Part shown: in pieces, positions 28,901 to 46,900 of the stretch
How the letters are laid out: each line of letters opens with the position of its first letter
How positions within the stretch are numbered: the first letter of the stretch is position 1
Source of the DNA: Eledone cirrhosa
Lineage: Eukaryota
Assembly: GCA_964016885.1 (NCBI GenBank)
Contig: OZ024741.1
Span: 28,458,001-28,522,000 of the forward strand
Reading direction: 5' to 3'
DNA length: 64,000 nucleotides
Translations under genes and position numbers: made by a program
Notes under the pieces: model-generated
What the model was told of the DNA's origin: nothing
The model's database searches: none
What the model saw: the letters and a program-made list of their open reading frames with translations, nothing else

Positions 28901-31900
28901 AGTGTAGGTTATTGGTAGAGAACTGGTATATATAGGGTTATAACTATATAGAGATACTGCCAGTGGTACTACAGTGTAGGTTATTGGTAGATAACTGGTA
29001 TATATAGGGATATAACTACACATAGATAATATCAGTGGTACAACAATGTAAGCTATTGGTAGATAACTGGTATATATAGGGATATAACTACACATAGATA
29101 CTGACAGTTGTACTACAGTGTAGGTTATTGGTATATAACTGGTATATATTGGGATATAACTACACATAGATACTGACAGTGGTACTACAGTGTAGGTTAT
29201 TGGTAGATAACTGGTATATATAGGGATATAACTACATATACAGATACTGTCAGTCTTACTACAGTGTAGGTTATTGGTAGATAACTGGTATATATAGGGA
29301 TATAACTACATACAGATACTGTCAGTGGTACTACAGAGTAGGGTATTAGTATATAACTGGTATATATAGGGATATAACTACACATAGATACTGACAGTTG
29401 TACTACAGTGTAAGTTATTGGTAGATAACTGGTATATATAGGGATATAACTACACATAGATACTAACAGTGGTACTACAGTGTAAGTTATTGGTATATAA
29501 CTGGTATATATAGGGATATAACTACATATAGATACTGTCAGTGGTACTATAGTGTAGGTTATTGGTATATAACTGTTATATATAGGGATATAACTACACA
29601 TAGATACTGTCAGTGGTACTACAGTGTAGGTTATTGGTAGATAACTGGTATATATAGGGATATAACTACATATAGATATTGACAGTGGTACTACAGTGTA
29701 GGTTATTGGTAGATTACTGGTATATATATATGGATATAACTACATATAGATACTGTCAGTGGTACAACAGTTTGGGTCATTGGTAGATAACTGGTATATA
29801 TAGGGATATAACTACATATAGATACTGTTAGTGTTACTACAGTGTAGGTTATTGGTAGATAACTGGTATATATAGGGATATAACTACATATAGATACTGA
29901 CAGTTGTACTACAGTGTATGTTATTGGTAGATAACTGGTATATATAGGGATATAACTACATATAGATACTGTCAGTGGTACTACAGTCTAGGTTATTGGT
30001 AGATAACTGGTATATATAGGGATATAACTACATAGAGATACTGTCAGTGGTACTAGAGTGTAGGTTATTGGTAGATAACTGGTATATATAGGGATATAAC
30101 TACACATAGATACTGTCAGTGGTACTACAGTGTAGGTTATTGGTATATAACTGGAATATATAGGGATTTAACTACACATAGATACTGTCAGTGGTACTAC
30201 AGTGTAGGTTATTGGTATATAACTGGTATTTATAGGATTATAACTACATATAGATACTGTCAGTGGTACTATAGTGTAGGTTATTGGTATATAACTGGTA
30301 TATATAGGGATATAACTACACATAGATACTGTCAGTGGTACTACAGTGTAGGTTATTGGTAGATAACTGGTATATATAGGGATATAACTACATATAGATA
30401 CTGACAGTAGTACTACAGTGTAGGTTATTGGTAGATAACTGGTATATATCTGTATATAACTACATATAGATACTGTCAGTGGTACTACAGTGTAGGTTAT
30501 TGGTAGATAACTGGTATATATAGGGATATAACTACACATGGATACTAACAGTGGTACTACAGTGTAGGCTATTGGTATATAACTGGTATATATAGGGATA
30601 TAACTACATATAGATACTGTCAGTGGTACTATAGTGTAGGTTATTGGTATATAACTGGTATATATAGGGATATAACTACACATAGATACTGTCAGTGGTA
30701 CTACAGTGTAGGTTATTGGTAGATAACTGGTATATATAGGGATATAACTACATATAGATATTGACAGTGGTACTACAGTGTAGGTTATTGGTAGATTACT
30801 GGTATATATATATGGATATAACTACATATAGATACTGTCAGTGGTACTACAGTCTAAGTCATTGGTAGATAACTGGTATATATAGGGATATAACTACATA
30901 TAGATACTGTCAGTGGTACTACAGTGTAGGTTATTGGTAGATAACTGGTATATATAGGGATATAACTACATATAGATACTGACAGTTGTACTACAGTGTA
31001 TGTTATTGGTAGATAACTGGTATATATAGGGATATAACTACATATAGATACTGTCAGTGGTACTACAGTCTAGGTTATTAGTAGATAACTGGTATATATA
31101 GGGATATAACTACATAGAGATACTGTCAGTGGTACTAGAGTGTAGGTGATTGGTAGATAACTGGTATATATAGGGATATAACTACACATAGATACTGTCA
31201 GTGGTACTACAGTGTAGGTTATTGGTATATAACTGGAATATATAGGGATTTAACTACACATAGATACTGTCAGTGGTACTACAGTGTAGGTTATTGGTAT
31301 ATAACTGGTATTTATAGGATTATAACTACATATAGATACTGTCAGTGGTACTATAGTGTAGGTTATTGGTATATAACTGGTATATATAGGGATATAACTA
31401 CATATACAGATAATGTCAGTCTTACTACAGAGTAGGTTATTGGTAGATAACTGGTATATATAGGGATATAACTACACATAGATACTGTCAGTGTTACTAC
31501 AGTGTAACTTATTGGTATAGAACTGGTATATATAGGGATATAACTACATATAGATACTGTCAGTGGTACTACAGTGTAGGTTATTGGTAGATAACTGGTA
31601 TATATAGGGATATAACTACACATAGATACTGTCAGTGGTACTACAATGTAAGTTATTGGTAGATAACTGGTATATATAGGGATATAACTACGTATAGATA
31701 CTGTCAGCGGTACTACAGTGTAGGTTATTGGTATATAACTGGTATATATAGAGATATAACTACATATACAGATACTGCCAGTCTTACTACAGTGTAGGTT
31801 ATTGGTAGATAACTGGTATATATAGGGATATAACTAAATATAGATACTGTCAGTGGTACTACCGTGTAGGTTATTGGTAGATAACTGGTATATATAGGGA

Positions 31901-34900
31901 TATAACTACACATAGATACCGTCAGTCTTACTAGAGTGTAGGTTATTGTTAGATCACTGGTATATATAGGGATATAACTACACATAGATACTGTCAGTGG
32001 TACTACAGTGTAGGTTATTGGTAGATAACTGGTATATATTGGGATATAACTATACATAGATACTGACATGGTACTACAGTGTAGGTTATTGGTATATAAC
32101 TGGTATATATAGGGATATAACTACATAAGGATACTGTCAGTGGTACTAGAGTGTAGGTTATTGGTATATAACTGGTATATATAGGGATATAACTATACAT
32201 AGATACTGTCAGTGGTACTACAGTATAGGTTATTGGTAGATAACTGGTATATATAGGGATATAACTACATATAGATATTGTCAGTGGTACTACAGTCTAG
32301 GTTATTGGTAGATAACTGGTATATATAGGGATATAACTACATACAGATACTGTCAGTGGTACTACAGAGTAGGGTATTAGTATATAACTGGTATATATAG
32401 GGATATAACTACACATAGATACTGACAGTTGTACTACAGTGTAGGTTATTGGTATATAACTGGTATATATTGGGATATAACTACACATAGATACTGACAG
32501 TGGTACTACAGTGTAGGTTATTGGTAGATAACTGGTATATATAGGGATATAACTACATATAGATACTGACAGTGGTACTACAGTGTAGGCTATTGGTATA
32601 TAACTGGTATATATAGGGTTATAACTACATATAGATACTGTTGGTGGTACTACAGTGTAGGTTATTGGTATATAACTGGTATATATAGGGATATAACTAC
32701 ATATACAGATACTGTCAGTCTTACTACAGTGTAGGTTATTGGTAGATTACTGGTATATATATATGGATATAACTACATATAGATACTGTCAGTGGTACAA
32801 CAGTTTGGGTCATTGGTAGATAACTGGTATATATAGGGATATAACTACATATAGATACTGTTAGTGTTACTACAGTGTAGGTTATTGGTAGATAACTGGT
32901 ATATATAGGGATATAACTACATATAGATACTGACAGTTGTACTACAGTGTATGTTATTGGTAGATAACTGGTATATATAGGGATATAACTACAAATAGAT
33001 ACTGTCAGTGGTACTACAGTCTAGGTTATTGGTGGATAACTGGTATATATAGGGATATAACTACATAGAGATACTGTCAGTGGTACTAGAGTGTAGGTTA
33101 TTGGTAGATAACTGGTATATATAGGGATATAACTACACATAGATACTGTCAGTGGTACTACAGTGTAGGTTATTGGTATATAACTGGAATATATAGGGAT
33201 TTAACTACACATAGATACTGTCAGTGGTACTACAGTGTAGGTTATTGGTATATAACTGGTATTTATAGGATTATAACTACATATAGATACTGTCAGTGGT
33301 ACTATAGTGTAGGTTATTGGTATATAACTGGTATATATAGGGATATAACTACACATAGATACTGTCAGTGGTACTACAGTGTAGGTTATTGGTAGATAAC
33401 TGGTATATATAGGGATATAACTACATATAGATACTGACAGTAGTACTACAGTGTAGGTTATTGGTAGATAACTGGTATATATCTGTATATAACTACATAT
33501 AGATACTGTCAGTGGTACTACAGTGTAGGTTATTGGTAGATAACTGGTATATATAGGGATATAACTACATATAGATACTGTCAGTGTTACTACAGTGTAG
33601 GTTATTGGTATATAACTGGTATATATAGGGATATAACTACATATACAGATAATGTCAGTCTTACTACAGTGTAGGTTATTGTTAGATAACTGGTATATAT
33701 AGGGATATAACTACATATAGATACTGTCAGTGATACTACAGAGTAGGCTATTGGTATATAACTTGTATATATTGGGATATAGCTACACATAGATACTGTC
33801 AGTGGTACTACAGTGTAGGTTATTGGTAGATAACTGGTATATATAGGGATATAACTACACATAGATACTGTCAGTGGTACTACAATGTAAGTTATTGGTA
33901 GATAACTGGTATATATAGGGATATAACTACGTATAGATACTGTCAATGGTACTACAGTGTAGGTTATTGGTATATAACTGGTATATATAGAGATATAACT
34001 ACATATACAGATACTGTCAGTCTTACTACAGTGTAGGTTATTGGTAGATAACTGGTATATATAGGGATATAACTACATATACAGATACTGTCAGTCTTAC
34101 TACAGTGTAGGTTATTTGTAGAGAACTGGTATATATAGGGATATAACTACATATATACTGTCAGTGGTACTACAGTGTAGGTTATTGGTTGATAGCTGGT
34201 ATATATAGGTATATAACTACACATAGATACTGTCAGTGGTACTACAGTGTAGGTTATTGGTAGATAACTGGTATATATAGGGATATAACTACACATAGAT
34301 ACTGTCAGTGTTACTAGAGTGTAGGTTATTGGTATATAACTGGAATATATAGCGATATAACTACACATAGATACTGTCAGTGGTACTACAGTGTAGGTTA
34401 TTGGTATATAACTGGAATATATAGGGATATAACTACACATAGATACTGTCAGTGGTACTACAGTGTAGATTATTGGTATATAACTGGTATATATAGGATT
34501 ATAACTACATATAGATACTGTCAGTGGTACTATAGTGTAGGTTATTGGTATATAACTGGTATATATAGGGATATAACTACACATAGATACTGTCAGTGGT
34601 ACTACAGTGTAGGTTATTGGTAGATAATTGGTATATATAGGGATATAACTAAATATAGATACTGACAGTGGTACTACAGTGTAGGTTATTGGTAGATAAC
34701 TGGTATATATCTGGATATAACTACAAATAGATACTGTCAGTGGTACTACAGTGTAGGTTATTGGTAGATAACTGGTATATATAGGGATATAACTACATAT
34801 AGAAACTGTCAGTGTTACTACAGTGTAGGTTATTGGTATATAACTGGTATATATAGGGATATAACTACATATACAGATAATGTCAGTCTTACTACAGTGT

Positions 34901-37900
34901 AGGTTATTGGTAGATAACTGGTATATATAGGGATATAACTACACATAGATACTGTCAGTGTTACTACAGTGTAAGTTATTGGTATAGAACTGGTATATAT
35001 AGGGATATAACTACATATAGATACTGTCAGTGATACTACAGTGTAGGCTATTGGTATATAACTGGTATATATTGGGATATAGCTACACATAGATACTGTC
35101 AGTGGTACTACAGTGTAGGTTATTAGTAGATAACTGGTATATATAGGGATATAACTACACATAGATACTGTCAGTGGTACTACAATGTAAGTTATTGGTA
35201 GATAACTGGTATATATAGGGATATAACTACGTATAGATACTGTCAGTGGTACTACAGTGTAGGTTATTGGTATATAACTGGTATATATAGAGATATAACT
35301 ACATATACAGATAGTGTCAGTCTTACTACAGTGTAGGTTATTGGTAGAGAACTGGTATATATAGGGATATAACTACATATATACTGTCAGTGGTACTACA
35401 GTGTAGGTTATTGGTTGATAGCTGGTATATATAGGTATATAACTACACATAGATACTGTCAGTGTTACTACAGTGTAGGTTATTGGTAGATAACTGGTAT
35501 ATATAGGGATATAACTACACATAGATACTGTCAGTGATACTAGAGTGTAGGTTACTGGTATATAACTGGAATATATAGCGATATAACTACACATAGATAC
35601 TGTCAGTGGTACTACAGTGTAGGTTATTGGTATATAACTGGTATATATAGGGATATAACTACATGTAGATACTGTCAGTGGTACTATAGTGTAGGTTATT
35701 GGTATATAACTGGTATATATAGGGATATAACTACACATAGATACTGTCAGTGGTACTACAGAGTAGGTTATTGGTAGATAACTGGTATATATAGGGATAT
35801 AACTACGTATAGATACTGTCAGTGGTACTACAGTGTAGGTTATTGGTAGAGAACTGGTATATATAGGGTTATAACTAAATAGAGATACTGCCAGTGGTAC
35901 TACAGTGTAGGTTATTGGTAGATAACTGGTATATATAGGGATATAACTACACATAGATAATGTCAGTGGTACAACAATGTAAGCTATTGGTAGATAACTG
36001 GTATATATAGGGATATAACTACACATAGATACTGACAGTTGTACTACAGTGTAGGTTATTGGTATATAACTGGTATATATTGGGATATAACTACACATAG
36101 ATACTGACAGTGGTACTACAGTGTAGGTTATTGGTAGATAACTGGTATATATAGGGATATAACTACATATACAGATACTGTCAGTCTTACTACAGTGTAG
36201 GTTATTGGTAGATAACTGGTATATATAGGGATATAACTACATAGAGATACTGTCAGTGGTACTACAGAGTAGGGTATTAGTATATAACTGGTATATATAG
36301 GGATATAACTACACATAGATACTGACAGTTGTACTACAGTGTAAGTTATTGGTAGATAACTGGTATATATAGGGATATAACTACACATAGATACTAACAG
36401 TGGTACTACAGTGTAAGTTATTGGTATATAACTGGTATATATAGGGATATAACTACATATAGATACTGTCAGTGGTACTATAGTGTAGGTTATTGGTATA
36501 TAACTGTTATATATAGGGATATAACTACACATAGATACTGTCAGTGGTACTACAGTGTAGGTTATTGGTAGATAACTGGTATATATAGGGATATAACTAC
36601 ATATAGATATTGACAGTGGTACTACAGTGTAGGTTATTGGTAGATTACTGGTATATATATATGGATATAACTACATATAGATACTGTCAGTGGTACAACA
36701 GTTTGGGTCATTGGTAGATAACTGGTATATATAGGGATATAACTACATATAGATACTGTTAGTGTTACTACAGTGTAGGTTATTGGTAGATAACTGGTAT
36801 ATATAGGGATATAACTACATATAGATACTGACAGTTGTACTACAGTGTATGTTATTGGTAGATAACTGGTATATATAGGGATATAACTACATATAGATAC
36901 TGTCAGTGGTACTACAGTCTAGGTTATTGGTAGATAACTGGTATATATAGGGATATAACTACATAGAGATACTGTCAGTGGTACTAGAGTGTAGGTTATT
37001 GGTAGATAACTGGTATATATAGCGATATAACTACACATAGATACTGTCAGTGGTACTACAGTGTAGGTTATTGGTATATAACTGGAATATATAGGGATTT
37101 AACTACACATAGATACTGTCAGTGGTACTACAGTGTAGGTTATTGGTATATAACTGGTATTTATAGGATTATAACTACATATAGATACTGTCAGTGGTAC
37201 TATAGTGTAGGTTATTGGTATATAACTGGTATATATAGGGATATAACTACACATAGATACTGTCAGTGGTACTACAGTGTAGGTTATTGGTAGATAACTG
37301 GTATATATAGGGATATAACTACATATAGATACTGACAGTAGTACTACAGTGTAGGTTATTGGTAGATAACTGGTATATATCTGTATATAACTACATATAG
37401 ATACTGTCAGTGGTACTACAGTGTAGGTTATTGGTAGATAACTGGTATATATAGGGATATAACTACACATGGATACTAACAGTGGTACTACAGTGTAGGC
37501 TATTGGTATATAACTGGTATATATAGGGATATAACTACATATAGATACTGTCAGTGGTACTATAGTGTAGGTTATTGGTATATAACTGGTATATATAGGG
37601 ATATAACTACACATAGATACTGTCAGTGGTACTACAGTGTAGGTTATTGGTAGATAACTGGTATATATAGGGATATAACTACATATAGATATTGACAGTG
37701 GTACTACAGTGTAGGTTATTGGTAGATTACTGGTATATATATATGGATATAACTACATATAGATACTGTCATTGGTACTACAGTCTAAGTCATTGGTAGA
37801 TAACTGGTATATATAGGGATATAACTACATATAGATACTGTCAGTGGTACTACAGTGTAGGTTATTGGTAGATAACTGGTATATATAGGGATATAACTAC

Positions 37901-40900
37901 ATATAGATACTGACAGTTGTACTACAGTGTATGTTATTGGTAGATAACTGGTATATATAGGGATATAACTACATATAGATACTGTCAGTGGTACTACAGT
38001 CTAGGTTATTAGTAGATAACTGGTATATATAGGGATATAACTACATAGAGATACTGTCAGTGGTACTAGAGTGTAGGTGATTGGTAGATAACTGGTATAT
38101 ATAGGGATATAACTACACATAGATACTGTCAGTGGTACTACAGTGTAGGTTATTGGTATATAACTGGAATATATAGGGATTTAACTACACATAGATATTG
38201 TCAGTGGTACTACAGTGTAGGTTATTGGTATATAACTGGTATTTATAGGATTATAACTACATATAGATACTGTCAGTGGTACTATAGTGTAGGTTATTGG
38301 TATATAACTGGTATATATAGGGATATAACTACATATACAGATAATGTCAGTCTTACTACAGAGTAGGTTATTGGTAGATAACTGGTATATATAGGGATAT
38401 AACTACACATAGATACTGTCAGTGTTACTACAGTGTAACTTATTGGTATAGAACTGGTATATATAGGGATATAACTACATATAGATACTGTCAGTGGTAC
38501 TACAGTGTAGGTTATTGGTAGATAACTGGTATATATAGGGATATAACTACACATAGATACTGTCAGTGGTACTACAATGTAAGTTATTGGTAGATAACTG
38601 GTATATATAGGGATATAACTACGTATAGATACTGTCAGCGGTACTACAGTGTAGGTTATTGGTATATAACTGGTATATATAGAGATATAACTACATATAC
38701 AGATACTGCCAGTCTTACTACAGTGTAGGTTATTGGTAGATAACTGGTATATATAGGGATATAACTAAATATAGATACTGTCAGTGGTACTACCGTGTAG
38801 GTTATTGGTAGATAACTGGTATATATAGGGATATAACTACACATAGATACCGTCAGTCTTACTAGAGTGTAGGTTATTGTTAGATCACTGGTATATATAG
38901 GGATATAACTACACATAGATACTGTCAGTGGTACTACAGTGTAGGTTATTGGTAGATAACTGGTATATATTGGGATATAACTATACATAGATACTGACAG
39001 TGGTACTACAGTGTAGGTTATTGGTATATAACTGGTATATATAGGGATATAACTACATATAGATATTGTCAGTGGTACTACAGTCTAGGTTATTGGTAGA
39101 TAACTGGTATATATAGGGATATAACTACATACAGATACTGTCAGTGGTACTACAGAGTAGGGTATTAGTATATAACTGGTATATATAGGGATATAACTAC
39201 ACATAGATACTGACAGTTGTACTACAGTGTAGGTTATTGGTATATAACTGGTATATATTGGGATATAACTACACATAGATACTGACAGTGGTACTACAGT
39301 GTAGGTTATTGGTAGATAACTGGTATATATAGGGATATAACTACATATAGATACTGACAGTGGTACTACAGTGTAGGCTATTGGTATATAACTGGTATAT
39401 ATAGGGTTATAACTACATATAGATACTGTTGGTGGTACTACAGTGTAGGTTATTGGTATATAACTGGTATATATAGGGATATAACTACATATACAGATAC
39501 TGTCAGTCTTACTACAGTGTAGGATATTGGTAGATTACTGGTATATATATATGGATATAACTACATATAGATACTGTCAGTGGTACAACAGTTTGGATCA
39601 TTGGTAGATAACTGGTATATATAGGGATATAACTACATATAGATACTGTTAGTGTTACTACAGTGTAGGTTATTGGTAGATAACTGGTATATATAGGGAT
39701 ATAACTACATATAGATACTGACAGTTGTACTACAGTGTATGTTATTGGTAGATAACTGGTATATATAGGGATATAACTACATATAGATACTGTCAGTGGT
39801 ACTACAGTCTAGGTTATTGGTAGATAACTGGTATATATAGGGATATAACTACATAGAGATACTGTCAGTGGTACTAGAGTGTAGGTTATTGGTAGATAAC
39901 TGGTATATATAGGGATATAACTACACATAGATACTGTCAGTGGTACTACAGTGTAGGTTATTGGTATATAACTGGAATATATAGGGATTTAACTACACAT
40001 AGATACTGTCAGTGGTACTACAGTGTAGGTTATTGGTATATAACTGGTATTTATAGGATTATAACTACATATAGATACTGTCAGTGGTACTATAGTGTAG
40101 GTTATTGGTATATAACTGGTATATATAGGGATATAACTACACATAGATACTGTCAGTGGTACTACAGTGTAGGTTATTGGTAGATAACTGGTATATATAG
40201 GGATATAACTACATATAGATACTGACAGTAGTACTACAGTGTAGGTTATTGGTAGATAACTGGTATATATCTGTATATAACTACATATAGATACTGTCAG
40301 TGGTACTACAGTGTAGGTTATTGGTAGATAACTGGTATATATAGGGATATAACTACATATAGATACTGTCAGTGTTACTACAGTGTAGGTTATTGGTATA
40401 TAACTGGTATATATAGGGATATAACTACATATACAGATAATGTCAGTCTTACTACAGTGTAGGTTATTGTTAGATAACTGGTATATATAGGGATATAACT
40501 ACATATAGATACTGTCAGTGATACTACAGAGTAGGCTATTGGTATATAACTTGTATATATTGGGATATAGCTACACATAGATACTGTCAGTGGTACTACA
40601 GTGTAGGTTATTGGTAGATAACTGGTATATATAGGGATATAACTACACATAGATACTGTCAGTGGTACTACAGTGTAGGTTATTGGTAGATAACTGGTAT
40701 ATATAGGGATATAACTACACATAGATACTGTCAGTGATACTAGAGTGTAGGTTACTGGTATATAACTGGAATATATAGCGATATAACTACACATAGATAC
40801 TGTCAGTGGTACTACAGTGTAGGTTATTGGTATATAACTGGTATATATAGGGATATAACTACATATAGATACTGTCAGTGGTACTATAGTGTAGGTTATT

Positions 40901-43900
40901 GGTATATAACTGGTATATATAGGGATATAACTACACATAGATACTGTCAGTGGTACTACAGAGTAGGTTATTGGTAGATAACTGGTATATATAGGGATAT
41001 AACTACGTATAGATACTGTCAGTGGTACTACAGTGTAGGTTATTGGTAGAGAACTGGTATATATAGGGTTATAACTATATAGAGATACTGCCAGTGGTAC
41101 TACAGTGTAGGTTATTGGTAGATAACTGGTATATATAGGGATATAACTACACATAGATACTGACAGTTGTACTACAGTGTAGGTTATTGGTATATAACTG
41201 GTATATATTGGGATATAACTACACATAGATACTGACAGTGGTACAACAGTGTAGGTTATTGGTAGATAACTGGTATATATAGGGATATAACTACATATAC
41301 AGATACTGTCAGTCTTACTACAGTGTAGGTTATTGGTAGATAACTGATATATATAGGGATATAACTACATACAGATACTGTCAGTGGTACTACAGAGTAG
41401 GGTATTAGTATATAACTGGTATATATAGGGATATAACTACACATAGATACTGACAGTTGTACTACAGTGTAAGTTATTGGTAGATAACTGGTATATATAG
41501 GGATATAACTACACATAGATACTAACAGTGGTACTACAGTGTAAGTTATTGGTATATAACTGGTATATATAGGGATATAACTACATATAGATACTGTCAG
41601 TGGTACTATAGTGTAGGTTATTGGTATATAACTGTTATATATAGGGATATAACTACACATAGATACTGTCAGTGGTACTACAGTGTAGGTTATTGGTAGA
41701 TAACTGGTATATATAGGGATATAACTACATATAGATATTGACAGTGGTACTACAGTGTAGGTTATTGGTAGATTACTGGTATATATATATGGATATAACT
41801 ACATATAGATACTGTCAGTGGTACAACAGTTTGGGTCATTGGTAGATAACTGGTATATATAGGGATATAACTACATATAGATACTGTTAGTGTTACTACA
41901 GTGTAGGTTATTGGTAGATAACTGGTATATATAGGGATATAACTACATATAGATACTGACAGTTGTACTACAGTGTATGTTATTGGTAGATAACTGGTAT
42001 ATATAGGGATATAACTACATATAGATACTGTCAGTGGTACTACAGTCTAGGTTATTGGTAGATAACTGGTATATATAGGGATATAACTACATAGAGATAC
42101 TGTCAGTGGTACTAGAGTGTAGGTTATTGGTAGATAACTGGTATATATAGGGATATAACTACACATAGATACTGTCAGTGGTACTACAGTGTAGGTTATT
42201 GGTATATAACTGGAATATATAGGGATTTAACTACACATAGATACTGTCAGTGGTACTACAGTGTAGGTTATTGGTATATAACTGGTATTTATAGGATTAT
42301 AACTACATATAGATACTGTCAGTGGTACTATAGTGTAGGTTATTGGTATATAACTGGTATATATAGGGATATAACTACACATAGATACTGTCAGTGGTAC
42401 TACAGTGTAGGTTATTGGTAGATAACTGGTATATATAGGGATATAACTACATATAGATACTGACAGTAGTACTACAGTGTAGGTTATTGGTAGATAACTG
42501 GTATATATCTGTATATAACTACATATAGATACTGTCAGTGGTACTACAGTGTAGGTTATTGGTAGATAACTGGTATATATAGGGATATAACTACACATGG
42601 ATACTAACAGTGGTACTACAGTGTAGGCTATTGGTATATAACTGGTATATATAGGGATATAACTACATATAGATACTGTCAGTGGTACTATAGTGTAGGT
42701 TATTGGTATATAACTGGTATATATAGGGATATAACTACACATAGATACTGTCAGTGGTACTACAGTGTAGGTTATTGGTAGATAACTGGTATATATAGGG
42801 ATATAACTACATATAGATATTGACAGTGGTACTACAGTGTAGGTTATTGGTAGATTACTGGTATATATATATGGATATAACTACATATAGATACTGTCAG
42901 TGGTACTACAGTCTAAGTCATTGGTAGATAACTGGTATATATAGGGATATAACTACATATAGATACTGTCAGTGGTACTACAGTGTAGGTTATTGGTAGA
43001 TAACTGGTATATATAGGGATATAACTACATATAGATACTGACAGTTGTACTACAGTGTATGTTATTGGTAGATAACTGGTATATATAGGGATATAACTAC
43101 ATATAGATACTGTCAGTGGTACTACAGTCTAGGTTATTAGTAGATAACTGGTATATATAGGGATATAACTACATAGAGATACTGTCAGTGGTACTAGAGT
43201 GTAGGTGATTGGTAGATAACTGGTATATATAGGGATATAACTACACATAGATACTGTCAGTGGTACTACAGTGTAGGTTATTGGTATATAACTGGAATAT
43301 ATAGGGATTTAACTACACATAGATACTGTCAGTGGTACTACAGTGTAGGTTATTGGTATATAACTGGTATTTATAGGATTATAACTACATATAGATACTG
43401 TCAGTGGTACTATAGTGTAGGTTATTGGTATATAACTGGTATATATAGGGATATAACTACATATACAGATAATGTCAGTCTTACTACAGAGTAGGTTATT
43501 GGTAGATAACTGGTATATATAGGGATATAACTACACATAGATACTGTCAGTGTTACTACAGTGTAACTTATTGGTATATAACTGGTATATATAGGGATAT
43601 AACTACATATAGATACTGTCAGTGGTACTACAGTGTAGGTTATTGGTAGATAACTGGTATATATAGGGATATAACTACACATAGATACTGTCAGTGGTAC
43701 TACAATGTAAGTTATTGGTAGATAACTGGTATATATAGGGATATAACTACGTATAGATACTGTCAGCGGTACTACAGTGTAGGTTATTGGTATATAACTG
43801 GTATATATAGAGATATAACTACATATACAGATACTGCCAGTCTTACTACAGTGTAGGTTATTGGTAGATAACTGGTATATATAGGGATATAACTAAATAT

Positions 43901-46900
43901 AGATACTGTCAGTGGTACTACCGTGTAGGTTATTGGTAGATAACTGGTATATATAGGGATATAACTACACATAGATACCGTCAGTGGTACTACAGTGTAG
44001 GTTATTGGTAGATAACTGGTATATATTGGGATATAACTATACATAGATACTGACATGGTACTACAGTGTAGGTTATTGGTATATAACTGGTATATATAGG
44101 GATATAACTACATAAGGATACTGTCAGTGGTACTAGAGTGTAGGTTATTGGTATATAACTGGTATATATAGGGATATAACTATACATAGATACTGTCAGT
44201 GGTACTACAGTATAGGTTATTGGTAGATAACTGGTATATATAGGGATATAACTACATATAGATATTGTCAGTGGTACTACAGTCTAGGTTATTGGTAGAT
44301 AACTGGTATATATAGGGATATAACTACATACAGATACTGTCAGTGGTACTACAGAGTAGGGTATTAGTATATAACTGGTATATATAGGGATATAACTACA
44401 CATAGATACTGACAGTTGTACTACAGTGTAGGTTATTGGTATATAACTGGTATATATTGGGATATAACTACACATAGATACTGACAGTGGTACTACAGTG
44501 TAGGTTATTGGTAGATAACTGGTATATATAGGGATATAACTACATATAGATACTGACAGTGGTACTACAGTGTAGGCTATTGGTATATAACTGGTATATA
44601 TAGGGTTATAACTACATATAGATACTGTTGGTGGTACTACAGTGTAGGTTATTGGTATATAACTGGTATATATAGGGATATAACTACATATACAGATACT
44701 GTCAGTCTTACTACAGTGTAGGTTATTGGTAGATTACTGGTATATATATATGGATATAACTACATATAGATACTGTCAGTGGTACAACAGTTTGGGTCAT
44801 TGGTAGATAACTGGTATATATAGGGATATAACTACATATAGATACTGTTAGTGTTACTACAGTGTAGGTTATTGGTAGATAACTGGTATATATAGGGATA
44901 TAACTACATATAGATACTGACAGTTGTACTACAGTGTATGTTATTGGTAGATAACTGGTATATATAGGGATATAACTACAAATAGATACTGTCAGTGGTA
45001 CTACAGTCTAGGTTATTGGTGGATAACTGGTATATATAGGGATATAACTACATAGAGATACTGTCAGTGGTACTAGAGTGTAGGTTATTGGTAGATAACT
45101 GGTATATATAGGGATATAACTACACATAGATACTGTCAGTGGTACTACAGTGTAGGTTATTGGTATATAACTGGAATATATAGGGATTTAACTACACATA
45201 GATACTGTCAGTGGTACTACAGTGTAGGTTATTGGTATATAACTGGTATTTATAGGATTATAACTACATATAGATACTGTCAGTGGTACTATAGTGTAGG
45301 TTATTGGTATATAACTGGTATATATAGGGATATAACTACACATAGATACTGTCAGTGGTACTACAGTGTAGGTTATTGGTAGATAACTGGTATATATAGG
45401 GATATAACTACATATAGATACTGACAGTAGTACTACAGTGTAGGTTATTGGTAGATAACTGGTATATATCTGTATATAACTACATATAGATACTGTCAGT
45501 GGTACTACAGTGTAGGTTATTGGTAGATAACTGGTATATATAGGGATATAACTACATATAGATACTGTCAGTGTTACTACAGTGTAGGTTATTGGTATAT
45601 AACTGGTATATATAGGGATATAACTACATATACAGATAATGTCAGTCTTACTACAGTGTAGGTTATTGTTAGATAACTGGTATATATAGGGATATAACTA
45701 CATATAGATACTGTCAGTGATACTACAGAGTAGGCTATTGGTATATAACTTGTATATATTGGGATATAGCTACACATAGATACTGTCAGTGGTACTACAG
45801 TGTAGGTTATTGGTAGATAACTGGTATATATAGGGATATAACTACACATAGATACTGTCAGTGGTACTACAATGTAAGTTATTGGTAGATAACTGGTATA
45901 TATAGGGATATAACTACGTATAGATACTGTCAATGGTACTACAGTGTAGGTTATTGGTATATAACTGGTATATATAGAGATATAACTACATATACAGATA
46001 CTGTCAGTCTTACTACAGTGTAGGTTATTGGTAGATAACTGGTATATATAGGGATATAACTACATATACAGATACTGTCAGTCTTACTACAGTGTAGGTT
46101 ATTTGTAGAGAACTGGTATATATAGGGATATAACTACATATATACTGTCAGTGGTACTACAGTGTAGGTTATTGGTTGATAGCTGGTATATATAGGTATA
46201 TAACTACACATAGATACTGTCAGTGGTACTACAGTGTAGGTTATTGGTAGATAACTGGTATATATAGGGATATAACTACACATAGATACTGTCAGTGTTA
46301 CTAGAGTGTAGGTTATTGGTATATAACTGGAATATATAGCGATATAACTACACATAGATACTGTCAGTGGTACTACAGTGTAGGTTATTGGTATATAACT
46401 GGAATATATAGGGATATAACTACACATAGATACTGTCAGTGGTACTACAGTGTAGATTATTGGTATATAACTGGTATATATAGGATTATAACTACATATA
46501 GATACTGTCAGTGGTACTATAGTGTAGGTTATTGGTATATAACTGGTATATATAGGGATATAACTACACATAGATACTGTCAGTGGTACTACAGTGTAGG
46601 TTATTGGTAGATAATTGGTATATATAGGGATATAACTAAATATAGATACTGACAGTGGTACTACAGTGTAGGTTATTGGTAGATAACTGGTATATATCTG
46701 GATATAACTACAAATAGATACTGTCAGTGGTACTACAGTGTAGGTTATTGGTAGATAACTGGTATATATAGGGATATAACTACATATAGAAACTGTCAGT
46801 GTTACTACAGTGTAGGTTATTGGTATATAACTGGTATATATAGGGATATAACTACATATACAGATAATGTCAGTCTTACTACAGTGTAGGATATTGGTAG